Both the position numbers and the translations under genes were made by a program. The notes below the pieces were generated by a model. The model did not search any database and had not been told where the DNA came from. It worked only from the letters and a program-made list of their open reading frames with translations. A stretch of 63,579 nt of DNA, the filler included, from Collodictyon triciliatum (lineage: Eukaryota): NCBI GenBank assembly GCA_043381765.1. It is 11 parts of 11 records of this genome, joined end to end, with 100 filler letters (N's around TTAATTAATTAA, not from the genome) between each part and the next. Parts side by side here need not be neighbours in the genome. Positions count along the whole stretch, not along the records: positions 22,864 to 28,824 come from JBHJMP010004802.1; positions 28,925 to 34,885 come from JBHJMP010004803.1; positions 34,986 to 40,947 come from JBHJMP010004804.1; 8 more parts are not named here. One strand, 5' to 3'. Within the stretch, counting starts at the first letter, position 1. Every line of letters starts with the position of its first letter. This document shows positions 25,164-37,372 of the stretch, piece by piece.

Positions 25164-28100
25164 ATGAAAAGAATGCTGAAAATGAGAGCTATCGCGCCCA
25201 TTTTGTTTGTATTTCTCACAATAACACGTTGTCACGCGCTGAGCTCTGCAGAAATAGGTTTTACAGTATTTTATTCTAATTAGCACTATGAAGCATATTT
25301 CTTGTGGCGTTACTCACATCTCTCTCTGTTCTTCATTCATGTCTCCCCCGACTACAATTCATACACCATGATTTGAGGTTATTAATGAAACTATATCTTA
25401 TATCAGTTTTTTAATCTTCAAATTTCTGAATCAGTAAACACTACCGAAAGCAAAGCACCCACCAAACGAATTGTTGGAGGAGTAGAGACAGTGCAGTTTG
25501 AGTTTCCATGGCTAGCCGGACTAGTCTGCCTTTAGCATCTATTCCTATATGATTCCATCACCACTTTTTATTTGGGCTATTTGCACCATTCAAACTTAGC
25601 GTGCTATTCCAATACAAAAAAAAAAAAAAAAAAAAAGGCTAAGAAAAAAAAAGAAGAGCATTTATAAAACCGTGCGTAGGTTTCAGAGTCTAAGGATTCA
25701 GACTATTCTGGCCAGTTTTGCGGAGGGTCTTTAATAGAATCAAATTGGGTTTTGACTGCAGCACATTGCGTTTGTCCTATCAAAGTTTCTCTTACAATAC
25801 GAGGTTTTATTCTTTATGTTATCCATAAAAATTTGTGCTAAATTTACACGACACAGCAAATAAATGCCATGCCTTATTTTTTATCTTATATCGGACACAT
25901 TATATCATTGTGTTACGCGATTATCGTTTCATCATTTATCAATTTTGGTCTCTTTTCACGAAAGGCGACTGAAAACTATCTCATTTAATCAAGAAACGGA
26001 CTTATACTATGTCCCCTCTTATTTTTTAAATAGTAAATATAGCACCAAAAATTAATACAAACATTCTCAGTTATTTTGAAGCGCCATCGACTTTCGAAGC
26101 CTACTGAAGGAGGAGAATCCCACGAAGTGGATCGAGTTATCTGCCATCCGAATTACAACGATGACACCCTCGACTATGACATCGCTCTATTACGACTCAA
26201 GACGTTATAATTTTTATAATTACTATTATTCAGGACAATATTCTACACATATGCTTGATTTGTGGTTTTTGATAAATAATAATAATAAAAAGATTCTCTA
26301 AAATTATTACATGCATATGAAAAAAGTCACTCTGCTGTCACTCCAATCCCTATGGTAACGAGTGCCACGCCACTGGAGAATCCTGAAACCATGCTTACTG
26401 TGGCTGGCTGGGGAAAACTAAATTATAATCAATACGCTGACACGATGCACAAAGTTAATGTGAATATTTTAGTGTTTTTACGCATTTAAACAAATGGTAT
26501 ATTGGCAATAGTACATCATCTCTCTAGTCTAAGCGACAAAATCGTGAGGTGTTTATGTAATAATATTTTTAATATTTCAATACATGACGGCAGGTTCCCA
26601 TCATTTCTCGCGATGTATGTTCTCGCCTTTATACAAATTCGTATGGTCGTTCGTATGTGACTTCCCGCATGATTTGTGCCGGCTATCTCGAGGGAAAAAA
26701 AGACGCTTGTCAAGGAGATAGCGGAGGTCCTCTCTTTCATACCTCTAGTTCAAAGCAGCTCACACTGGTAGGGACAGTTAGTTGGGGAGATGGTTGCGCA
26801 GAGAAAAATAAACCCGGAGTTTACGGGAGAATCTCGGATATGCGTTCATGGATTACTTCATCGATGAGCTCATGTGACTTTCACATTCATTCTTTGTGCA
26901 TTTTTTATTTTTATTTTTACAAACTATATTTCGTGTCGAAATCAGTTAGGAATGCTTTTTCTTTTTATCCTGCTTGTTTTATTTATCATTCTCTTTATAG
27001 GCTGCTCACCTAATAAATTTATCGACTTCACTGGGACGATAAAAAGTGTGGGAGACTCTGTTCGTCTTCCGGCTGAAGGGCACATCCTTGTGACAAAGGC
27101 AGGTACAGTGGCATTCGGCCTGAAAGGTCCCAAAGGCAAGGATTACGACCTCATTATCCAGCAGTGGAGATCTTCTACGTCTTCATGGGCAAATGTTGCA
27201 TGGTCAGAGCTTTCATCAATCTCTGTCGAGCAAACTTCCAAAAGTTTCGCTATGGGAGACAAATTAAGCATTCTTGTCAGGGCAGACTCTGGAACAGGAA
27301 ACTTTCAAGCACAGGCAGTAGGTAGGCAGTGAAGGCGTCCTTGAGTTTTGGCATTTTTTTTACATTAATTTTTCTTTTCTTTTCTTTTTTATTTTATGTT
27401 GACTTTTTTTTTTAAAAAAAAATTATAGAAAAACATAGACGCATACAAAACTTTTATTTCAACCTTGTCAATAGTATATTTATAATTTTAGCTGTATTGC
27501 AACTGCTGTAAAACTTTGGTATGTAATACTAGTGGAATTGAAGGTTTAAGTTAGTATGATTAAATGCAGGTATTGGTTCATCTGAAATAACCCTCGCTGG
27601 ACAAACCACAAAAACATCATCGCGCAGACCGGAGACACCTTCACTGTCGCCAAAAAGTATTTGAAGATATATTTAAAATTTTCTACGTGATTTTGTGGGT
27701 CTAATTGTTAGCTCTACAGTATGTATAATAATGATTCTATTGACTACCTGATAATCACAATATCTCGCTTGTACAAAGTGTAACGAGAATTATGAGTAAC
27801 AACATAAAAACTTTACATAACTGAACAAAACTTAACAGAACTAAAAACAAGAAAACAAGAAAACAAGAAAACAAGAAAACAAGAAAACAAGAAAACAAGA
27901 AAACAAGAAAACAAGAAAACAAGAAAACAAGAAAACAAGAAAACAAGAAAACATAACTAAACTAAACTAAACTAAACAAAACAAAACTTGAAACATGTTT
28001 TTTTTTTTTCCTAATTCTTGAAGTTTTTCATTGTCTAAATAATTAATAGATAAGACACCGTCTTCATTCACCAGAATCATTTTCAAAACAAATTTTGTGC

Positions 28101-28573
28101 AATACACCAAAGAAAACTCTACAGATTTGATTATCACAAACCTAAGTTCCATGCTTGGTATCTCACCGTCATGTATCCAAGTTATCCTTGTCCAGTCGAT
28201 TGCAGAGAGCCTTGTGGCATTTGACTTTAGCGTTTCAAACACAACCGCTTCACTGACAACAGAAAACTTGCACATAGTTCTTGCAAACATTGCACAATCA
28301 AATAATTCTAGCCTCCCATACTCAATTGCACGTGTGGAAGACTCAAATGGAGGGATTTACTTTTATGCCGATACAGAAGCAGAGCAATACCCCTCCTTAA
28401 GTCCGCATCACTCTCATAGCGCCGACACTGAGAGCGACACACCTGATTTGGCCGTCTTTGCCCTCTTTGTGGGGTGCGCATGCGTGGTGGTGAGTGCAGT
28501 GGTCATTGGAAGGAGCATCATCAAGAGCAATCGACAAAAAACGTCTGGTTCCACAGCCCAAAGCATCGTATAA
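25164..28573 (+). CDS. Type I membrane-anchored trypsin-like serine protease (S1A): signal peptide, trypsin, PPC/aqualysin-C-like domain, linker, SEA-like region, TM
   Basis: Motifs are KR|IVGG (25470), CGGSLI, TAAHC, DYDIALL, AGWG, DACQGDSGGP and GVYGR, giving an intact catalytic triad and the specificity Asp. Nine GT-AG exons join in frame and end in the hydrophobic helix LAVFALFVGCACVVVSAVVI. Confidence 0.88.
27843..27953. repeat. (AAAACAAG)n intronic repeat
   Basis: Directly visible. Confidence 0.93.
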
Positions 28574-28754
28574 GTCGTGTTCCTCGCATCGATGAAAACC
28601 GACATAAAGGTGAAGACATGATTGTTTTTATATATAGGAGCTTTTTTTTTTTTATTTTGTTTTGTTGTTGTTGTTTGGTGTATAACATGAGCTCTCACGT
28701 GATTTTGATGGCGCGTGATATATTCCAAGGAACAAACTCACCATTCAGAGAGAT

Positions 28755-28800
<46 letters not shown>

Positions 28801-28924
28801 TTTTTTTTTGTTTTTATATTTTTTNNNNNNNNNNNNNNNNNNNNNNNNNNNNNNNNNNNNNNNNNNNNTTAATTAATTAANNNNNNNNNNNNNNNNNNNN
28901 NNNNNNNNNNNNNNNNNNNNNNNN

Positions 28925-29365
28925 CGATGTTCCTTCCGTTCATAAAGCCAATCTGCTCTTTGGATATGAGTTTGTCAGCGATGGGTGATATGCGATTTCT
29001 GAGTAGCGTCGTAAATATCTTATAGTCGTTATTCAACAGCGATATTGGTCGCCATTCCGCGAGGTAGCTCGAGTTTCCTTTCTTTGGTATCAGCCGCACC
29101 GTGGCCTCTGTAAATCCTTGTGGTAGGTCGCCGCCAGACATGATTCCATGCAGAAAAGCCACTGAGGATGCCTTGACCTCATTAAAGAAAGCAGAGTATA
29201 TTCTGTTGGGCAGCCTATCTGAACGTGGCGCCTTTCCGTTGTGTTGCGACTTGACAGCTTTCCACAATTCGCCTGTATCTATTGGTGCTATCATGCTGGC
29301 TGCTTGCGAGGGTGAAGCCTTGGAGCAGTTTGTAGTGATAAGCTCGAGAGTAGCAGCATCATAGT
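28925..29365 (-). mobile_element. Non-LTR retrotransposon (L1/Tx1-like) ORF2 fragment, start of the RT domain; 5'-truncated and cut by the contig end
   Basis: Motifs are GKAPRSDRL (degenerate KAPGPDG), LIPKKG, WRPISLLNNDYKIF and EQIGFMNGRNI. Confidence 0.9.
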
Positions 29366-29914
29366 CTCGTCTAGACTACATATTTGATAAGAAGACGTGG
29401 ATATTCTTTTTGTTGTTAAGAGGTAATAAATGATGCATGTCGGCAGATGGTGTGTAGGACGGATGCATGGTCTTTTCTTTTTCCTTTCCTAGTCCAAAGA
29501 ACCATTTCTCCATCTGCTTAAAGTTACTTAAGGGCCAGATTAATATTTTCGCGGCATTTTTTTTCTAATTCCAAGACCTGGATTATGCAAACCGTGATAA
29601 TAAAGGAGGAAAGTGTGTTTTTTTTATTCTTCCTTTCAATATGTCAGAATGTTGATAGTTCATAATAATCATCCCATGTTAACCAAATCAGGTTTTCTCA
29701 ATCAATAAGTTTATTTGGTTTCTTTTTCTTTGGTTTCTTTTCTTTATTTGCATTTGAAGGTAATATCGAATGTAGAAAATGATTTTATAAATCTGAAACG
29801 AATGAACTATCAGACAAGCGTCAGTGACAGTGCGATACGATGTCGTTTTAGAATAGGAAAAGGTCTCAAAACATCTCATGCATTAATCTAACACTATGCT
29901 GGAAATATCGAAGT

Positions 29915-31608
29915 TTAATCTAACGCGGTGTCTTTTCTTTTCTCCAATCCTTTCTTTCCTGTATTCTTTTCTTTTCTTCCGCTCTCTTCTTTTCTTTTCT
30001 TGTTCATAGGGTATAATGTCTTGGCATTTGTCTTGAAATATCGTTTACTTGTAATGCCCTCTGGATTTCCGTGAAATTGTGGTAGCTCAATTATCTAATT
30101 ATGTATTCAAAAGCAAGAAGGTGCAGATAAGATGGCGATTTTATCAATCACATTGTCTGCAAGCTTCAATAAATGGTCGACCAGATGCAAAGAGGCTATG
30201 GTTTTTAATCAATTGTTTGCATTTTACAATCACCATATTATTCGAAGCATCCAGGTATTCGAGATTACAGAGTCGGTTGATACCCTCAGGAGTACTCGAT
30301 ATCTTGTTGGTGTTACGTGGTTGCTCGGTTTATTATTTGAACAATTAACTTATTGAAATCAAAATTATAAATGTTTTTTTGATGGTACCCTGTTGTTTGA
30401 AATATCGAGAGCTTTGATAGAAGTCAGGCAAAACAGATGCCCTGGGATGTCGGTGAGCTATGTCATTTGCATTGGCATTTAGTGAACATAAATCTACGCT
30501 GAGGTATTGATTCATGAAGTTCATTACGTGATTTTCTGAGAGATTCAAAAATGTCATGTTTTTTAAAAGTGTGATGCTCTCTGGCAAAGTGGTGAGGCTC
30601 CTTCTGCATAGGCTGAATGAATGGAATTCGATTTGCTCCCATGCTGGAGTCCATCCTGGCTCCGAGATTGATTCTAACTGTGTTTGTGGTTTACGTTGCT
30701 TTTTTTTTTCTTTATTTATTGTTTTTGAAAATATATAGCAAATTGTCTGTATCATCATCGATGTATTTACCATCTCACAAAGCTGCAACTTTCGAATTAG
30801 CTCGTATTCTTGGTTTTTTGTGTTATTCCAGACTGGAAGAGCTGTGATGCCACGCGGTGCTCTCATTATGGTAATTATTCCTCCCCATTCGATGTAAAGC
30901 ACTTTAAGATTTGTGAGTGCTGTGATTTCCAGTGGGAGCTCCTCTATCTAAACACATGATTGTTGACCACTTTGTTTTCAACGTAAATAAAAATACAAAT
31001 GCAAATGAATAAAAATATACCGGGTTGCTGAACACACCAAGCCCCGTGAGACCAGTCAAAAACCTTATTTGTGACGGCAATGATGACAACTGATTACTAC
31101 CAATATAAAGAACATTGAGAGCAATCAAACACGATATCTCTGGAGGAAGCGACGGAAGCTCATTGTCACCAGCACCAAGCTTAATGAGACCTGTCAAACG
31201 TGATATTTCTGGGGGCAGTGACGACATGCGATTACCACCAACATTAAGAACTTCGATGCCTGTCAAAGACGACATTTCTGGAGGCAAGGATGACAGTTGA
31301 TTGCCACTTATATCAAGCAATGTGAGACCAGTCAAATATGATATTTCTGGAGGTAGCAACGACATCTGGTTGTCACGAACACTAATCCATGTGAGACCAG
31401 TCAACGACGATATTTGCGCCGGCAGCACACACAGCTGATTATCCCAAAGATTCAAGTCTCTTAGTCTAGTCAACAAGAAGATACCAGAAGGAATAGATGT
31501 TAACTCTTTCCCGGTTAAGTCTAGACTCTGGGAGCTTTTTAAAGAGGCGATGTCCGGTTTCCCGGTGACTTTTCGGACCTCTTCTAAAAGCGCATTCTGG
31601 TCAGCCAT
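29915..31608 (-). CDS. Leucine-rich repeat protein (23-aa LRRs), six exons
   Basis: Exon 1 (31021-31608) has about seven LRRs of the form LSSLPPEISxLTGLxxLxxxxNQ. Further phase-0 exons include 30389-30457 and 30234-30302, followed by a Lys-rich last exon. Confidence 0.82.
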
Positions 31609-34600
31609 CGCGTCAGAAGTGGGGCGGAAGCAGTTTGGACGGGTTCTGGGTTGTGTGTTTGTGTTGCATAGTGTTTATTTGTTTTGTGAATGCACTTGAC
31701 AAAGTCATACAGGACGAGCGTTGCTCAAGTGGAGGCGATACAGTTGTGTGGCTCGAATGGTGATTGAGAAGGCAGAAAACTCCAAAGCCCACCTGCTTTC
31801 TTATCTCATGATAGTGTACGATGTGTATTTTTGCTGCAAATATTTGGTAAATATACGGCTTAGTACTCGACATGCACCACCAATATGTATATACTGTAAA
31901 TTCCACATATAAAAAAATGATGAGAGTGGTATGGAACTGTATACACCTCTTCCTATTTTGGCCCGTGATTTTGCTCTTTCATATTAATAACTAGCTGTTT
32001 ATTTTTACCGTGAGGATGTCACACGCCTTGTATACGGAGTGAGTGAACCTTTCATCTTTGCCAGCAGAGTGAATTCCGTATTCATCCATGCGCTCATGTG
32101 CGAAGCAGACATCGTTGTATTCCGGCATAATTCAGTCCTTTGTAGTCTTCAGGTCTTCTGTGCGCATGTGTGGGCGTGCTTGTGTGTCCACGTCGTGTTG
32201 CTTGTGCGAGTGGTTGCGTGTTGCAGACAACATTTGCTGGTGGACTCAACTCGACTCGAGACTGGTTGGCGAACGACCTGCTGCTGGTGCTGCGAAAAGA
32301 AAGGGTACGAAACTTGAATAAACGGATGACCTTGGTCACACAGGCTTAGCGCAACCGAGGTTTACATACAGCTTTATCCCGACTCTTTATGTACAAATGT
32401 GTCGCCCCAATGGGAAGCAGTTGACCCGTGGGTCCAGCAACGTTTTCCTGGCAATAGTTCCTGGATGGGGATGAAAAGAAGGGGCTCGGGTCAGATTGGT
32501 TTCGATGTATAGATACGAGATGGTTGCGGATTGGTGTCATTGAAAATATTCATAGAATGGGCATGTCATAGTTGTAAATTTAATGTGGAATGTAATTGTA
32601 AATGCTTAAGAATGATAATATAAAACAAAAATTGGTTGGGTTGAATCGTTTGATTCGTGTGTATATTTCGTTATTCTCGATTTTATTTTTAAAATCACAC
32701 AGAAAGTATGCAAAAAAACAAACAAGAAATCTGAGGGCGTAGTTCGCATATGGGACATGCCTGTTGGGTGCGTTGGTTCCCACGGCAGATACTACTGTCA
32801 GGAGCCTTGCTGAAGCCACTGGGCTGCTCTCCATCGAGTCGGGATACGGCACCGCGTATAACGGTTGAAAATAACCCCCCCGGTTTGCGTAGTGACTCTC
32901 TTTAGTGGTTCAGTTCTCAGCGAGGACGGGTTCCAACTGCGGAGCGCTAAAAGCCCCAACCATCCCAAAAATGAGAAAGATGTTTGCTGTGAGGAGCGCC
33001 GGAGCCATCCAATGAACTCCACAACACCGCGCTCAACGCCCGCCTACCCTTCTTAACCCGGCAAGGATAGCCTGCATGAATACATCGATGATGAAAGATT
33101 GTTCTATTTGACTAGTTGGCTTCTTCGGAGGGATTTGTGAAGCACAAGAATTTGGGACAATAGATTAAGATGTTAAACATGATTAATTAATGACCTACAG
33201 AGGGTTTGTGCTCCGTCTGCAGGTTGCATGTGCATTTTAATGTAATTCATTCGTCGGATGTGTCAGCAGGGTTGGAGTGGTTATAACAATAATCAAATAC
33301 CTCTACAGGCACGCACAGAGCAATCAGCCGGAGATTGATGACGATTGGAATCTCATAAAAGCTTGAATCTTGGGCTACAACCTCCTTCGTAACAGGAACA
33401 TGCCTTTCTCGATTTTTGAAAATTCATCAAATTATGAATTTCCAAGGTGATAACAGCTTGATTACATTACTTTCACAAGCATCAAGTAATTTTGTTGTGG
33501 AGGGGGAAAATGATGAAAACACAGGACGATAGACACGCAGGGACAAGGCTTTTTTTTATTCACCACGATTTAGGTATCACATCCTGTTCTGCATTAAGAA
33601 AAAAAAACACAAAACATACTCCATTTCTTCGGGTTTTTAATTTTATTTTTTAGTTCATTGATTAAAAAGTCGATAACATTCTTGGAGATAACAAAAATTT
33701 ATATATTACTCACTGATACTTTTTTTAGTTATATCCATCATCAAGTATGGTTGCATCTGTATGAATCGTTTTGAAAGAAAGGTTTTTTTTTTTATTTCGC
33801 TTTCAACATCTTCAGAATCATATGACTTTATAATGACAGAAGTCAAAATTGACATAAATGTAAAATTAGCGCTGCATCACAATAAATTACATCGTAAATA
33901 ATAGGTGAATCCATAATAAAAATATACGACAATATGAGATGAATAATCCCAGCAAGGAGTCATACTCTTAGAAGACGAATTCTCTCACGTTTCTTTGATG
34001 TTCAAATATCTTAAGCTCAATTCGATTATTTTTTAAAAATAGGAAATTTAAAAGTATACAGTATACCACAGATAAGGGTCATTTCATACAGTTTCCATTA
34101 GTAAGCAATACCCATATCACACCTCACGAGTACCCTCCTCTTTCCGTGCAGATACTGACACGATTAGAAGACGGGTATATTTGGCACAACAAATCCCTCA
34201 CTTCTATGCTCCTGTATCCTACACCTCTTTCAACAAAGTGTTAAATATGCTGGTCTTTTGAGACATCATAATGCCGCTTACATCACGCCAAAAATAAAGA
34301 TATGTGAGTATGATACAGCTCATTTTCTAAGGACTAGATGGACAAATCACATATACTCTCACAAAGAAAGATTCAACAATCCATCACCCATTCCTAACAA
34401 TAGCTTAGGGGACATCTTATAATCTCTTCCTTCAATGATTTCCTTCGCCATATTCACGTTCTTTATCACTCAGACTGCAAGAAAAGACATGTGGAAAGGA
34501 GCTGAGAAAGAAATGAAAGCTCACCTCGCCTCTCTCATTCATACACAGGACCCAGGCTAAAGGCCAAAGCTCGAGATGCAATTCCTTATAGCCGACTATT

Positions 34601-34697
34601 TCTCCACGACCCGGCCACCAAGTAGCGACCGCGCCAACAATAGCCAGCGAACCAAGTCAACATCTCACCATCTCGCACAAAATTGAAAGGAAGAATA

Positions 34698-34885
34698 AAT
34701 AATAACAATAACAATAACAATAACAATAACAATAACAATAACAATAACAATAACAATAACAATAACAATAACAATAACAATAACAATAACAATAACAATA
34801 ACAATGATAATAAAAATGATAATAAAAATGATAATAAAAATGATAATAAAAATGATAATAAAAATGATAATAAAAATGATAATAA
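34698..34885. repeat. (AATAAC)n then (AATGATAATAAA)n repeats
   Basis: Directly visible. Confidence 0.93.
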
Positions 34886-34985
34886 NNNNNNNNNNNNNNN
34901 NNNNNNNNNNNNNNNNNNNNNNNNNNNNNTTAATTAATTAANNNNNNNNNNNNNNNNNNNNNNNNNNNNNNNNNNNNNNNNNNNN

Positions 34986-35085
34986 GAGGAGGGCTCAGGG
35001 AATGCGTGATACAGGGCCGGAATCACACACACCGCGCACCCTGTGGGGTTCGAACCACGTTCGCGCAGGTCAGACGCTGTCCCAA
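34986..35085 (-). mobile_element. Candidate tRNA-derived SINE fragment or tRNA pseudogene in a kinase intron
   Basis: The minus strand reads TTGGGACAGCGTCTGAC...GTGGTTCGAACCCCAC, i.e. a D-loop half plus a perfect B box. It is GC-rich, lacks a full cloverleaf, and lies at a contig break. Confidence 0.5.
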
Positions 35086-35158
35086 TATAATAATATTATT
35101 ATTTATCATTAAAGATTAAAACTCGATGAAATAAAGTGAATCTGATGGTCTCGTACAC

Positions 35159-37372
35159 CATAACGCTGACTTCAGTTTCAAATTCTTTGATGATTTCTTT
35201 GGTAATGTTCTTGGCCAGCAACTTTTTTATAGCAACGTCAGTTCCTCTCCAAGTACTTCTGTATACCTTTAGTTTTGATCGATAAATTTCGTCAAAAACA
35301 TGAAAAATCAATGAGTTGAATAGTTTACCACACAAAACAAATGAAATATGTTCTACTATTATTGAATGTATTGTATAGACTGAATAGATTACTTCACCAA
35401 AACCGCCTGATCCAAGCAATTTTCCATAAATCAATTCATCATGATCAATAACACCGTACAATTTTTTTTCTGTTTCTTTGATTTTTTTCATTACATTCCT
35501 TCGATAAACATAAAAAAATGTGGCCATTATCAATACAATGCCCCCAGTGGATCCGCCAATGACGGGAAAGTAAGAAAATTCACTTTTTTTCTCATCTATT
35601 TTGGAACATTAGTCGAAATGAATAATTTTCTGTTCCAATCAAATGCTCAAATAATTTATACAATGCTTGGATACCAATGAATTATCGTACCTTCTAGACA
35701 CATTTCCTTTTTTCATTAATTTTTAGTTAAAATGTGAATCGTATTCTCCTTGAAAGTATTTTACACAAGTTTTTGAGTAAGTTTACCTTTTTCATTACAT
35801 AGCCCTTTCTGCATGCGCATTCTTGTAATATGGCATCCAGATATCCATTTTCTGGACATTCTGATATTTTTATATGCAAAAATATATCATTCGTTATGTT
35901 TACGATTCAAGTATGTAAATGAAGACAAAAAAATTTGCGCTATTACACATATACAAAAAGTTTTACACCCTTTAATTTAAAGCTCACTTGCATGAATGGC
36001 GGTAAACCCATCACAATTGAAGCATGGCTGGTCGATTGTATTATTTTCATATTTAAAGCTCATAAATTCAATCTTAAATCCAGATTTTGATTGGTAGAAT
36101 GTGGATCCATTTACTGAATTTTCCGAAAAAAAATCGACAGTTTCTAAAGTTTGACTTGACCCGAAGAGAGGAGATACTTGAATCCTGCATTATAAATTGT
36201 GGCATTAACTATTGTTGCTTTATATTGCATTATTTCAATATATAAACATTATTTTGATATTTTTCCCATAGGAAGAACATTTTTGAATTTCACTTGTCTT
36301 TAGGTCGTATGCTCGTCCTTAAAACTAGGTGAGTGGCGTTTTGTAAAATCCAAGAGCAGTTTGAGTTTTCAAAATAAAAACCCTCTCTACTTCCATCATC
36401 CAGAAACGATGCTGCAAATGAACTGCTCACAAATTGTGCATCAGGAGAGCAGAAACCTTATGAAAGTTTCGGTAATTTTCAAGTTCTTCCTTCAGGCGGT
36501 GCCACATAGTTAACACATTAATTTATTTTCATTTGTACCTGGTCTGTAACCAACTATTTGATTAGTTGTCGAATATCCATTTGTGCCCCCAAAATTCACA
36601 AAAATACCATTCATGAATGCACCTTCCTGGCCTATAATTGATTCGTATCCCTTGACTTCATTCTGTTTGTGAAGTTTCCCTTGTTTTCCGAATTCTATAG
36701 GAAACAGATTTGGTCGATAACTTGATGTTCAAAATCTTTGGATCTAATAGAAGAAAAAACTATAATTTTGAATAATAAAGTATTTAAGGATAAATTTTAA
36801 ATACTTTTTATGTTAGGGTTCTTAATTTTTCATAATACCATGTTGGAGAATCCAGTAAATGTGATTTCTCTCAGACTTTGTGGTTCCACTGAGTATAATA
36901 AAATTCCCTTGCTGCCCGCATACATGATTTGACAACTTTGGTGCTGGAATTGTAGAAGAGAACTGTAATTCTTTCCAAGTTTCATTTCCTTATATTTAAA
37001 AAAATAAATTATATCAGGCTATAGAATGTTCCCATCAAAACTAACATAGATTAATGGCTGAGATTCATGTATAGGTGATCTAGTTTTGTAAACACTATCT
37101 TGAATATGATTCATACTTGTGTCATAATACCAATTATCGTTCATTTCATCCCCGTTTATGTTCAATCCTCCAAAGATTGCGAATCCTTTATATCCCTTCA
37201 AGCACATGCTATGATAGACTCTTCGATACTAATTTAAAACAAATGATTGTTACTCGTTTTCGATTAAATTGATTTAATATTGTGAATGAAATTCCACACA
37301 TACTGGTACTATAAATATCAATGATACAAACTAACAGGAAATATTCCGTCGATTTTGTGTGTAGACATTGTT
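35159..37372 (-). CDS. Receptor-like TKL protein kinase: Kelch repeats, CUB-like domain, Cys-rich module, TM, kinase; partial at both ends
   Basis: Exons give RRVYHSMCL..FAIFGG..NDNWYYD (Kelch), LDDGS..YFENSNCSWIL (CUB-like), CPENG..CACRKGY, the TM VIGGSTGGIVLIMATFFYVY, then LGSGGFGEVYRSTWRGTDVAIKKL...EFETEV. More exon-like segments occur upstream to about 40600. Confidence 0.85.

Noticed and set aside
27322-27332. Stop just inside the trypsin intron suggesting a secreted isoform
   Set aside because: Early stops are expected in AT-rich introns, and nothing else supports an alternative isoform.
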